From contig NW_008246119.1 in NCBI RefSeq assembly GCF_000281045.1, positions 192,135-230,408 on the forward strand: a stretch of DNA of 38,274 bases, written 5' to 3'. Below the pieces are notes generated by a model. The model was not told the origin of the DNA, did no database searches, and saw nothing but the letters and a program-made list of their open reading frames with translations. The position numbers and the translations under genes were made by a program. Each line of letters starts with the position of its first letter. Position 1 is the stretch's first letter. Shown in pieces: positions 22,218 through 34,517 of the stretch. The stretch is from Saprolegnia diclina VS20 (taxonomy: Eukaryota).

Positions 22218-25200
22218 ATGATGGGCGACGGCGACGAGATCCTCTGCGCCGGGTACCTCACCAAGCGCGGCCACGTCGTGACCAACTGGAAGACGCGCTT
22301 CTTCGTGCTCCGGCCGCATGCGATCTTGTGCTACTACGCCGACGACTCGATGGTCAAGAAGCTCGGCCAAGTGCACCTCGTCAAGGTCGCGCCGTGGGAG
22401 TACTTTTCGGCGACGACGGGCAACAGCGTCCTCAAGTCGGCGCGGGGCAGCGACGAGATGAAGTTTGGCTTCATGTTTTTCACGACCAAGCGCGTTGCCT
22501 ACTACGTCTACGCCAACGTCAACGCCGAGCGCCAAAGGTGGCTCCTCGCCCTCCAAGACCTGTACGTTGTCACGTCCAACGCGACCGACTGCGAAGGCTA
22601 CCTCACCAAGCGCACGCCCGGCTTTTCGTTCCTGAGCTCCCGCCCCAAGTACGTCCATGACCTCTTTAGGACGACGCCGCATGCTCGTTCTAGGTATTAC
22701 GTGCTCACGGGCACACTTCTCAAATGCTACAACGACGAAGAAGGCTACCGCGGCCACGACGTACCGTCGGCCAAGATCCACATCAAGACGGTCGGCAAGT
22801 GGGAAGACGGTCTCATGGTGCAGTCGGAGACGGGCTCGATGCTATACCTCTCGACGTTGCACCCGGACGACCAGGAGCGCTGGATGCGATCGGTGACGAC
22901 CAACGTCGCGTCGGCGATCAAGCCGATCTCGTGCGCCGGGTACCTCACCAAGCAAGGCCACCGGCGCAAGAGCTGGAAGCGGCGCTACTTTGTGCTCCGG
23001 GGCGCGACCCTATCGTACTACTCGGACTACGACTCGATGAACAAGCAGAGTCTGGCCGAGGTCGGCGTCGAAGACGTTGCGCTCTGGGACGGCGAGCAGT
23101 TTGGTTTCCAGTTCATTACGACCGAGCAAGTGCCCTACTACGTCTTTGCCGAGAGCGACCGCGAGCGGCAAAAGTGGATGGTCGCCCTCCAAACGCTCAT
23201 CCGCAACCATGGCGCACCGCTGCAAATGCCCACGGTGCTAGCGCCGCCCAGCAGCGCCAAGTGCTGCCCCAAGTGCCGGCACATGGTCACGGGCTCGCGC
23301 TTCTGCGGCTCGTGCGGCCACAACGTCGATCTGCCGTACACCAAGCCGCCAATGGTCCCACGCGACGGCAGCGAGCAGAGTGCGTACTCGAGCCGGAGCA
23401 CGTCGCCGGCGCACCGCATGAGCGTGCAAGTGCCGCCCCGTGGTCCGCCGCCGTCGCATCACAACAGCCACAACCACAACAACAACCAGCACGACCACGA
23501 CCACGACGATCTGTTGCACGACATGGAAGCGCTCTCGGAAGGCGCGCAGCACCTGCTCATTGCGGTCCTCGAAGCGTCGCCGCGTGCGAGCGACCTCAAG
23601 CGCGTCACGTCGGCGTTGAACGACCTCAGCGGCGCGTCCAACTCGTTTGTGATGCTCGAATCGGTCGACGTCGACGTCGACAACAACGGCGACGACGAGC
23701 TCGACGAAGCGCTCGCAAAGGCCGACCTCACGCATGACAGCAAACAGTACGAGGCGGTGCGCGAGTCCTTTGTGCACGACAAGGTCGTCGTCGTGCCGCC
23801 GTCGCACGAAGAAGAAGACTACTCCGAGTCGGAAGACGAGGCGCACCCGAACCAACACGACCCAGCGCCGTTGCGCCCGTCGCTCCTCTCGGCGTCGTCC
23901 ATCGAAGAGGAATGCAAGGACGAGGATAACCAAACGCCGTCGCCCGTTGCTGCGCCGTCGAGCGACGACCAAGCCAAGGGCAACGAGCCGCTGCCGCGCC
24001 CAAGCTCGTTTGGCGAGCTCGACTTGAAGGGTATCATCGGCCTCGAGAAGGAAGAAGAGGTCGCTCCGCGACCAATGGCGGCAACAGTGGTCGACGCCGC
24101 CAAGAGCCTTGGCCACTACCTCGAGACAAAGCTCAACATGGAGTCGCTGTACCTGCCCTCGAAAGAGGCGCCGCTGCGCTGCCGCATCTATGCATCAAAA
24201 CACTATGCGCAGATGGAGAAGCTCGTCATCTTCATCGGCGACTCAGGCGCACTGGGTGCGTGGAAGCACGCCGAGTCGCACGCCGCCGACGACATGGAGC
24301 ATCCGTTCTCGATGCGCTCGTACATTGAGCACGCGCTGCAAGACAGCTACGGCGTTCTCGTCTGCAACCCGTACGTCAACTCGGCGCTTGTGTACGAGGA
24401 CCACGGCGTCTCGCGCGCCGTGCCGATCCCGTACTCGGCGTCGCCCAACGAACACATTGCGACCGTCTGGACCAACTTGGTCTACTCGGCGGTCTCGTGT
24501 CCCGTCGACTTTGTCGTCGCCGGCGCCGGCGGCCTCACGCTCCTCGACTTGCTCGTGCAAAACGAAGAAACGACGGCCGAGCGCATCCGCCGCATTGCGC
24601 TGCTGCAGTCGACGCACACGGTCGACACGCATTTGAGTCTGGTGGTGCTCGAGACCCTCGGTCGCCGTGCGATCAACTGGGAGGGCGCCGTGGGCCTCCC
24701 GCTCTGCGGCCAAGTCGTGGGCTCCCAGAGCCGCGTCGGCTGCGTCTGCCTCTCGACAGGCTTCAAAGACGACGAGAGCGAGGAGACCGAGCCGTCCAAG
24801 CGTCCGTATGCGCTGCCGCTTTCGTCAACGCACGTGAAAGCGATGGAGTCGGCGGTCTTCGCCTTCCTCTCGTCCAACCCGCCGGTGCCTGGCATGACGG
24901 CCATCGTCAAGGACATGCGCAGTACGCTTCGCAAGGGCAAGGGCGTCTTTGCGAGCAAGTCGACAAAAGCCGCGCTCGCCAAGCCGGCGCCGGACACGGC
25001 GACGTCAACGCCGATGCGCGCCACGTCGTCCTCGTCGACGGCTTCGACGGCCTCGTCGTCTGTCATGTCGTACAAGCCCCGGGGCGGCGGTAATCCGGCG
25101 CTGGCGGGCATTTATGTCCCAGGCTCCAAGAGCAACAACAGCATCTTTGAAGTCGTTCAGGTATTCTCCTGTGCGAATGCAGTCTGAGCACTCATACTGC

Positions 25201-26307
25201 TTACAGAAACGCCACATGCAGGCCAAAGAGAGCTCCCGCGCGGCGTCGATCAGCATCAAGGACTTTGAGCTGCTCAAGGTCGTCGGTCAAGGCGGGTTTG
25301 GCAAAGTGTTTCTGGGCAAGAAAATTGCCGGCGAAAACACGGGCGAGACGTACGCGATCAAGGTGCTTCAGAAGGACCAGGTGCGAAATTTCCGCAAAAC
25401 GATCGGGTTTGACGATAACATATAGGTGCTCTCGAGCGGCCTCGTGCACACGACGATGGCCGAGCGTCACATCCTCATCGAGGTCGCGCACCCGTTCGTC
25501 GTCAAGCTCCACTACGCGTTCCAGTCGCAGTCCAAACTCTTCCTCGTCATGGACTACCTCAGCGCTGGCTCGCTCGCGGTGCATCTGCGTCGCGTCCGCA
25601 AGTTCCAAGAGAGCCACGCGCGCTTTTACGCAGCGGAAATCGCCGCCGCGATCGCGCATCTGCATCAGATCAACATCATCTACCGCGACGTCAAGCTTGA
25701 GAACGTGCTCATGGACCACGAAGGCCATGTGAGCATTGCCGACTTTGGTCTCTCGAAACAAGGCGTGTCAGGGCTCAAGGGCGCCAAGACCTTTTGCGGG
25801 ACTGCTGCGTACATTGCGCCCGAGCTCCTCAAGGGCCAGACGTACGGCAAAGCCGCCGACTGGTGGTCGTTTGGCATCCTCCTCTACGAGATGATTGGCG
25901 GCAAGCCGCCGTACTACCACCGCAACCGCGACATTATGTTCCAGACGATCCTCAAGCAGCAGTGGGTGACGTTCACGCCCGGCTTTTCGGACGCGGCCGT
26001 CGACCTCATCCGCGGCCTCCTCAACCGCGATCCGCTCCATCGTCTTGGGAGTGGTCCCGCGGGGGCGGACGAGGTGCTCATGCACCCGTTCTTCAACGAG
26101 TTTGACTGGGCGCAGCTGCTCCAGCGCAAGGTGACGCCGCCCTTTGACCCGCGCGTGAGCAAGACGGACACGGTATTTGTGCCCCGGAACGTCAACCAAA
26201 ACGCCGTCACGGCCCGCGACCGCACCGGTTCCATCCTCCAGAACCACGACGTCGGCGAGTTCCGCGGCTTTAGCTTTATCTCGCGACCCGACGACGACCT
26301 CCCCTAA
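22218..26307 (+). CDS. Multidomain AGC kinase copy 2: three PH domains, zinc ribbon, FAM172/Arb2-like domain, AGC kinase
   Basis: Same domain order as copy 1: CPKC...FCGSCG, Arb2-like block at about 24110-24935, [32 protein letters not shown]. Introns 22649-22693, 25161-25206 and 25381-25425. Confidence 0.9.
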
Positions 26308-26442
26308 GCGTCTCGTAGCAAAGTATACGTTTCTTCTTGGTCTAGTTCAACCGAGGCACTGTCCATCGCAGTTACAAACAGATGTGCAGCAGAGTAGTAT
26401 CAAGCTATCAAGCAAGAATCGCAGAACTTATTGGTACTTGGA

Positions 26443-26988
26443 CTAGACTCGATCGACGATCCACGTTTGCTCGGGGGACGGCCCGAAAAGGACATCGACC
26501 GAGGCGCTAATGAGGTACGGCCACGGGCTGTCGCTCTCACTGTGGTACGGTGTCGGCTTGGGCGAGTAGCCGTTGGAGTCGATAAGTGCAATCGCGTTCG
26601 GGCCCATCGGCAGGCAGCTCCAGCGACGAATGCTGAGGACGAGGCCAGCGCCAAACGCCGAGTTGGTCGCTGCTTCGTCCGCGACGGCCGTCACCGTGCG
26701 GAAGAAGTACGCGGTCGCGTCCGGGTTGGGTGCCAAGTAGTGCGTCGTGTCGATTTTGAGCCAGAACGACGTGCCGTCGGGCTGCAGCTTAGCGTTCAGA
26801 ACCGTCGGAGACTTCTTGTCGGCAACGCCAATCGACGAATCAAAGTTCCAGTACCCGTAGCGGGACGAGAAGAGCGTAAATTTGTCGCCCGACGTGATGA
26901 TATCGCAGGCCGTCGGCGTCAGCGCACTGAGGCGCGCATGCACGCACTCCAGAGCCGAGAAAAGAGAGTAGAGTCCAAGCAGCTGCAT
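26443..26988 (-). CDS. Hypothetical secreted protein (181 aa, beta-rich, possibly fascin/beta-trefoil-like)
   Basis: Uninterrupted ORF from ATG 26988 with a signal-peptide-like start MQLLGLYSLFSALECVHA and genic codon usage. AIALIDSNGY weakly resembles fascin-type repeats. Confidence 0.55.
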   Translation of the reverse strand: MQLLGLYSLFSALECVHARLSALTPTACDIITSGDKFTLFSSRYGYWNFDSSIGVADKKSPTVLNAKLQPDGTSFWLKIDTTHYLAPNPDATAYFFRTVTAVADEAATNSAFGAGLVLSIRRWSCLPMGPNAIALIDSNGYSPKPTPYHSESDSPWPYLISASVDVLFGPSPEQTWIVDRV

Positions 26989-27507
26989 GCCCGATAGCGC
27001 CGTCCAAAAGCAAAATGAACCATTTGACTTCAGCAACGACCATGCCGCTTTTCCCTCGACTGCCTTTCCAGGGGCCATTTTACGCCTGGACGTTGCATGT
27101 ACGGGATCAGCTTCTACGAGAGTTTCTACATCGCGTGTACGATAGCATCGTAGTTTGCTGTAGCAAATGATCCGACGCGTGGTAACTCCTGTCGCGTGCA
27201 CAACGTTGGGTGCAGGAGCAAAACTAAAGCGACAAAGAACTCGGCGCCAGGCTGCTCGCCCATACGCTGTGTGTACTAAGCTTAGTAGGAGTGCTACTTG
27301 CGTGTCGACAGTCAATTGTCGTCGGGCTGGAGGTATCGCTGTAGCACAATCCAACTTGAGACCTGAAAAGACACGCAACAAAGACGCGGTTGCCCGTTCG
27401 TATTCCTGCCATCTGGCCGCGATCCCTTTCACAGCGATCGACCAATCAGCGGCGTCGCTCAAAAAGAGGAGCCAATCCGAGCTCGACGTGTTGGCTGCAA
27501 CCACGTT

Positions 27508-27521
27508 GCACTTTCTAATTT
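27508..27521 (+). promoter_or_regulatory. Inr+FPR-like core promoter element
   Basis: GCACTTTCTAATTT immediately upstream of ATG 27525 approximates the oomycete Inr/FPR consensus. Confidence 0.35.
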
Positions 27522-27524
27522 TCA

Positions 27525-28631
27525 ATGGGCCGCTCGGTGGCTGCGCCGCCCGCGCTCCTCGATGGCCTCCTCCTCGCCACGCTCTGCGCCGAGTGCGTCT
27601 CACTCGTGTACATCCTCGAGCGCGACCTCCTCTTCACGCTGCTGGGCATGCTGCTGATGGTCGCCGTCGCCATCTTTGCCGTCAAGGCCTCCTTTGGCGT
27701 CGGCGGCGCTTGGTTCTCTCGCACCTTCCTCAAGCACCTTGGCGATCCGCTCAAGAAGCGCACGACGCTCAAGAAGTTCACGGAGCAGTCGTGGCAGCTC
27801 GCGATCCACGTCTCGATGACTGCGCTCGAGCTCGTCGTCCTCGCCGACAAAACGTGGTGGGCCGACACGCGCTCCAGTACGCCTCTCTTCACGTCCTCTG
27901 TTTGCATGACATTCGTGCTCTAGTGTGGAACCCCAAAAGCGTCACGTGCGATTTTCCAACGCACGACTACTTGACCGAGCTGCTCTACATGGCGCAACTG
28001 GTACGTCCTTGTGGTCGTCGACTTGGATTATAGACTCTTGGACTAGGCGATTTGGATCTACACGGCGTTTTCGTGCAAATTTCTCGAAGAAATTCGAAAG
28101 GACTATGCAGTTATGATGACGCACCACGTCGTCACGATTGCGCTCGTCTCGTGGAGCTATGCGCAAGGGTACCTTCCGATCGGCGTGCTCATCCTCCTCG
28201 TCCACGACGCGTCCGACATCCCCGTCGATCTCATGAAGATGGCCAACTACCTCAAGCTCGGTGGGCCCCGCGGGTTCTTTCTCACCGAAATCCTCTTTGC
28301 GATCGTGCTCAGCATGTGGTTCGTCGTGCGTCTCTACCTCTTCCCGACCAAACTCATCAACTCGGCGTTCTGGGAAAACCGCGAAGCGTGCATGGCGACG
28401 CTCGCCGAGGCCCACGACCTTCGTATCCTGAGCTTCCCTGGCGTGCCCATGTGGTTTGGCTTCAACGCACTCCTCCTCACGCTCTTTGCGCTTCACATTT
28501 GGTGGGGCTTTCTCCTTGTCCGACTGCTTGTGACCGTCATGACCAAGACGGCGCACGACACGGCCAAGGAAGAGTACGAAGGCACGTCGTCGGACGATGA
28601 CGGGGACGACGCCAAGGACAAGACCGACTAG
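27525..28631 (+). CDS. TLC-domain ceramide synthase (LAG1/LAC1 family)
   Basis: KKFTEQSWQL; Lag1p motif RKDYAVMMTHHVVT...IGVLILLVHDASD; VRLYLFP; acidic C-terminal tail. Introns at about 27878-27923 and 28001-28046. Confidence 0.92.
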
Positions 28632-29645
28632 ACGAAACTGTGTATCGACATTATACCAATGGAAGTCACTTTTTGATCACCTCGGTGATCGGGAAGAGGT
28701 TGATGACCAGATTAGTCGGCAGGTTCTCGAGATGACTGAGATAGATGTCGCGACTGGCCACAGTCATCATCGGACCCCTTCCCATCGACTGCTGGTCTGG
28801 CCACATTGTGTGTCCGAGGTCCACCAGGCGCAGAATGCGGTGGTCGTGTGGATCAAGCAGCCCTTGAATGGCTGGTGGCAAAGCAGCAGGTGTTAGTGGT
28901 GCCAAAGCTGACGGCTTGCCCGAGATGGAACGAGTGGTCTCGGTTGCGAGCGTACAGCACTGCGAGCGCACAGCTGGATGACCAAGGTTGAGATGGTCAA
29001 CTTCGAGGAATTCGTCGTCGGTTGCCGGCGTCAGTGGCCGCGTGATATCATGGGGCGAGCTGGGCGTCGGGGTAAACGAGGCGTCCACCCAGGTCACGCA
29101 TGCCACCGAAAAGCCGCAGAATTTGGCGCGTCGCTTCGCTGTAGGCTGCGAGCGGAACGTTGATGATCCCCACGACGGTCCGGTGGACAGCGCTCTTCGC
29201 CGTGCATGTCCTCGGCAAACCGGACGAACATGAAGTCGTGCAAGCTCATGAGCCACGCCTGGTGCGGTACCGACGAGGAGCGGATCTCGGACGCAGTCGT
29301 CCGGGCGCTGGCGAAGAGCATGACGGCTTCCTGCAGCCCTTCCTCCGCCATTCCTCCGCGCATGACACGGAAGGTCACCATGATAATCTGTGCTCTCGTG
29401 ATCTCAACTGAAGCTTTGGCTTGACCAGATTCGGAAACAGAATTCCAACGGTATTCTGTTTGGACCAGTGTATCACCTGGCGTTTCGTGCACTGTAGTTG
29501 TGTACAATTTGTACTCGATGGTCCTACCCGACAGATCGCGGTTCAATGCGGTGTTGTATCTCTACATCTAGGTCCCCAACTGTGTGGAAGCATCTGCGGA
29601 AGCCTACTTCTTGACGTAACAACTCGTGTTGACTCCACCTTATGA

Positions 29646-32600
29646 CTACTCCATGACCTCGTCTTCGTCCTCGTCGTCGAACACGACCTTGGCCTTCTTT
29701 GTGCGTTTGGCCCGCGCCTTGCGGGGTGTTGCGCCTGCGACCGGCTTCTTGCGCTTCTCGGCCGGCTTTTGGCTGTGGTACGACGCCTCGGCGTCCTCTT
29801 CGTTCTACACCACACGAATGAAACTCAAAATGTGGAATCTCAACACGCACCTCGTTGGCCCGGAGCGACTGAATCACGCGCTCGAGTTCGTCGACCGTCT
29901 CTTTGAGTTCGGGCTTGCAGAATTTCTTGCACTACACGAGGCTCAGAGTCCGCAAGGTACTACGAGGACGTGAACCTTGGCGACGATTTGCTCAAACGAC
30001 TCGAAGACCACGTCGTCCTGGAGACACTGCTTAAAGACCTTCTTTTGCTCGAGGAGCTTCTTGATCGCTTTCTCGTTGAACGAGAGGTTTGAGAGGCAGA
30101 ACGCCAGGTCCCGCCACTGCGCCTTCTCGGTCGTCGTGACAAACCGCTGGCACATCTTGTCGACGAGGCTCTCGTTTTGCTTGTCTTTTTGAATAAAGCC
30201 AATCAAAAACTTGGTGATTTCCCGGAACGACTCTTTTGAAAGGTCACTAGTCACAGCTAAGTATCCCATACGAGAGTCGAGTGTACCTCGTCGAGAGCCG
30301 ACCGATCGTATCCGGTAGCATGTTGTAGATCGGGTTGTTCCCGCGCTTGGAGAGCTCGTGGAAAAAGAGCTTGGCGAGGTCCTTGATTCGCGCTTCGTCG
30401 TCAACCAAGCAGAGCGCGATCTCGCTAATCTACCCGGCGCATTAATATACACTACAAACGCACACCAGAAACGACGTACTTGGCCCTTGACCTTGACCAT
30501 GTCGTTGAGGATCAGGTGCGTGAGCACCATGATCGTGTTCTTGCGCACGTTCGTATCAATGTCCCGCAGCCGCGCGTAAATGTGGGACGTCCACGGCTCG
30601 ACGAGGTTCGGAAACCGGAACGAGAGGTCGCCAAGCGCGACCACAATGTTGCAGCGCACCTACCATCGAGTATCAGCACATCAATGTTTCAATCTATCGA
30701 CACGTACGGACGGCTGTTCCGATTCTTTGAGCTTGGTAAAGACGAGTGGGAGGTTCTTCTCGCAAAAGTCGGACGAGATGCACATAAACTTGCACAGCGC
30801 GACGGTCGCTGTCTCCTTGATCATCTCGTCATCAAAGCAGCCGTCTTCGTTGGCCACGAGCCGCACCAGAATCGGTCCGTACGCGCCCAGGAGGTTCCTA
30901 CGCGTCCATAGTTTGGCATTTTCATAATACACTGTAACACAATTCGAGGACGTACGTGCCAACGATTTCGTGCTGCGTGAGCTCCTGCAGCATCTCTTCG
31001 TCGTGCGCTTCGATCTCGGCCGTCATGCCGAGCTCCTCTTCCATGCTCTGTTGCGGCTCGTCGGCCGACGGCTTGATCTTGCTGCGGGCTTCCTTCACCG
31101 AACTCGCCACCGACTCGACGTACACGGCCATGCGGATCGCGATATGCCCCAAGAGGAATACAAACTTGGCGAGCTCCGTCGCCGTGCACGCGGCGCCCTC
31201 CATGTCCTCGTCCGTTTTCGGGAAGATCATGGCCGACCACGTCGCAATAACGTCACCACAGGGCTCCTCGGGGTACTGGCACACATGGAAGAGCGCCTCG
31301 ATCGCTTGCTGCGCCGCGTCAAACCAGTCGGCGTTCGTGTCTTCGTTCGTCGTCAGAAACGCTTGGAGGCGCATGACGAGCTTCGCAATGTGGTCAATCA
31401 TGTTGGCGCCCCCCGACTTGTCCTTGAGGTTCCAGCGCTGCAGCATCTGCGACGTCGCACGCACACAGAGCCAGTTGTGCTCGGCCTGCACGCGCGGCCC
31501 AAGCCCGTGCTCGAGCAGGAGCAGAAGACGCGTGTGGCGGTGCGTCGTCTTGGTCGTCGTGAGCATCGAGAGCAGCCAAATCGCGTGGCCAATCGTGTGG
31601 CACGACGACTCGGCGTTGCAGAGGTCCCAAAGCGCATTGATGACGCGCTCCGGGATCATGTGTTGCGCGTGCAGTACCGAGAGCAACTGCTCTAGACACG
31701 TTGAGTCGCTGACCGTGCACCCGTCCAGTAACTTGAGCAGCGTCTTGGCCGCCTCGGCCGGCGTCAGCTGGTTGTCTGTGTTGGGCACAAAGAAGAGCAC
31801 CGACTGGAACGTCTTGAGGACTGCTTCTTGGATCGACGGGTCCGAGCGCCAGATGAGGATGAGCATGCCGCGGATGCCGCGCGTCGCTTGCTGAAATTGA
31901 AACGCGTGCGCCGCATGGAAGAACGCGATGGCCTCAAGCACGTCCGAGCCCGTCGAGCTGCGCAGCAGCTGAATCAGGAGCGGGATCGCAACCTTCTCCA
32001 TAATGTCGATAAACTCGAGCGCTTGGGCGTAAAAGTTGTAAATCTTCTTGAGCTTCTCGAGCTCGAGCTCCTTCTGCGTCTCCTTCTCCGCGACTTGGTC
32101 TTCGTTGAGGTGGATGCCCGAGATGCGTCGCGTCATGGTCTCCTCAACGTCGTCCATCAAGACGGCTTGGAGACCCTGCATCTCGTCCGCGATTCGTGCC
32201 ATGTGCTGGACGTAGTAGCTCCGGTCGAGCTTGCCTTCAAACGGGTTGTGCTCGAGCAGCGCCGTGAGCAGCTGGATACTGTTCTTGCGCACGGTCGCCG
32301 TCTTGTCGCTCATGCGCGCGACCACGAGCTTGGTGAGCGCCGGCTTTTGCAGCAGCGGCACTGCGTCACGCTCGACGAGGTCCTTGAAACATTTGATCAC
32401 GTGACTGCGCGCAAACGAGTTGACGTCATGAACACGGTCTTCGAGCACTGCAAAGAGTGAGTCGCGCCGGTTCTTGGAGAGGACGCGGAACTTTTCGTCG
32501 ACGATGACGCGGCCTTCGTCATTCTCGTCGTCGTTTTCGTCGTCGTCGCTTGCATCGGGTTGGCCCTCGGACGTCGCGGACGCGAGTCGCTCCGCCTTCT

Positions 32601-34066
32601 TCTTGGCAAGTCGATCAGCGACGAGGATGTTGGTCACGGCCGAGACAACAGCGTTCCGGAGGTAGTACGACTCGGCGTCCAAAAGCGGGAGCACGATTGA
32701 CAAGTTGGCGAGGACCACGGACGGCATGAGCTTGGAAAGGTGCGTCTAGAGGCAAAGACCGGTCACAGTCGCGACAAGATCGACGAACGTACGAAGAAGG
32801 CCGACACGTTCTTCGTGCCTGAGACGTCGCGCGACGATTCGCGCTGGCGGATTTTGGCGATTTCACTGGCCAGAAAGCGCTCCATCAATATCCCACACAG
32901 ATAGATCCATGGCGAGCGTACTTGATGAGATCGGCCGCAATCTTGGCGTTCGAATGCTTGGCTTGGAGGAACTGGATCAAGTCGCCGAGCGGCACCGAGA
33001 GGTGCTCGTGCGCAAAGATGAGCTCGAGAAGCGACGTCGTGACTGTCACGTGCACGCTGGGCACACGCAAGAGACACTCGGACACGAGCTACACCATGTT
33101 GTGTCACCAACGATAATGATGGGTCGTACGTTGTAGCAGTGAAACTTGAGGGGCTTGGACCGCATGAAGAGCGGGCTCTCGAGGAGCTGGAAGACGGCCG
33201 TGCAGTAGACGCCAATGAATTCCTACGGCCTTTGTGTTGAAAAAGAGACAAATCGGAAACACCGACCTCTTCCGGCAATCGCATGTTCCAGAGCGCGAGC
33301 GTCTCGTCGCAAAGCGACTTTTGCAGCGTCTCAACGCTGGTTTCAAACTGCTTGGCCCAGTGCACCATCTTGGACTTGGCCGCCTACGCGAATCGACCTC
33401 GTCCACGAGCAACGCCATGAAGCGCGCGTACTTTGTCCTTCTTGTGCACAATGTCCTTGTCGTGCTCGGCCGTGAGCTTGGAGATCTTCATGAGCAGTTG
33501 GCACAAGACGTACGCAGCAATCTTGAGGGCGTTCCGCGCGCGGCGAGAGTCTGCATATCATGCTGAGACGCATCCCCACAGGATAAAGAAGATCCTACTC
33601 TCTTTTTTGGAGCGCCGAAGGAGCTTGGCAATGTCGCTGAGCGCCGAGTTGGTCAACAGCAGGAGCAGGAGCCGCGCTTCGTCGTTGAGGTGCTTGACCG
33701 CTCTAGAAGAAGCATGTGGTCATGGCCATATCCAGGCGCAGGGGCGTACTTGAGGAAGCTGTAGAGGACGTCAAAGGCCTCGGCGTCGACAATCCCGAAC
33801 GGGTTGGCGTGGATCGTTCGCTGCAGCTCTATTCACGTAGGTCGTTGAATCGCCACGGCCATGCGACGTCGTCGGGTACCCTTGAGCTGGGTCATGTGCA
33901 CGGTCTTGTGGAGCTCGGCAAAGTCGGTCACGTGGCTCACGTAGATGCGGTCGCGCTTGACGAGCTCGAGGTCGTCCACATGCAGCGGGACGATGAACTC
34001 GCGGATCTCATCTTCGTCCTCGGACAGCATGGCATCGGCAGCATACTCACCCTCGTCGTCGCTCAT
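29646..34066 (-). CDS. NCAPD2: Condensin I complex subunit 1 (CAP-D2/Cnd1), multi-exon
   Basis: LDAESYYLRNAV; DRVHDVNSFARS; DKTATVRKNSIQLL...HNPF; Cnd1 C-terminal RCNIVVALGDLSFRFPNLVEPWT...VRKNTIMVLTHLILNDMVKVKGQ; ends KAKVVFDDEDEDEVME-stop. Confidence 0.93.
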
Positions 34067-34517
34067 GGCGCTGGCTAATGGACGCCCCAAAATTGCTCTT
34101 TTGAATTTTTAAAACTCGTATCCGGACAACCGTCATTTTCAGCCAATGATACACGTGCCTTTGCGGGGGACACATTGCCATCCGGATACCGCCCCCGATC
34201 TTGACGCCATGCTCGTTCTGCGGAGGCGAATGCCATGCTTGCTTGTCCGCACGCTTGTGACTGCGTCGAGGACAGCTAGGACATGTCGCCTAGCTGAGGT
34301 AGACAGTCTTGGCGCTGCTGCTGGCGCATCCAGAACGAGCTCCATCGACGTGCGACGGCTGGCAGCTGCGATGAGCAAGTCGCTCCTTGGATCGGTCATG
34401 CGAACAGACCAGACAAGAAAGATTCTCTTGCTTCTCATCATAGCAATGACGACGTCGTCCTGGCGAAGACGCAAGTCGACAATCAAGGCGAGGTCGTATT
34501 AACAATGACACGCAGAA

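Noticed and set aside
22218..28631. Functional cluster of AGC kinase and ceramide synthase (by analogy to yeast Ypk1 regulating Lac1/Lag1)
   Set aside because: Gene adjacency in a gene-dense eukaryotic genome is weak evidence, and no shared regulatory signal is visible.
29050..29075. MGRAGRRG peptide resembling SF2 helicase motif VI
   Set aside because: Isolated in a 61-aa ORF with no other helicase motifs; likely chance in GC-rich sequence.
34139..34502. Overlapping ~115-aa ORFs on both strands between CAP-D2 and VPS25
   Set aside because: No motifs or splice support; the region is more simply the CAP-D2 promoter and VPS25 3' UTR.
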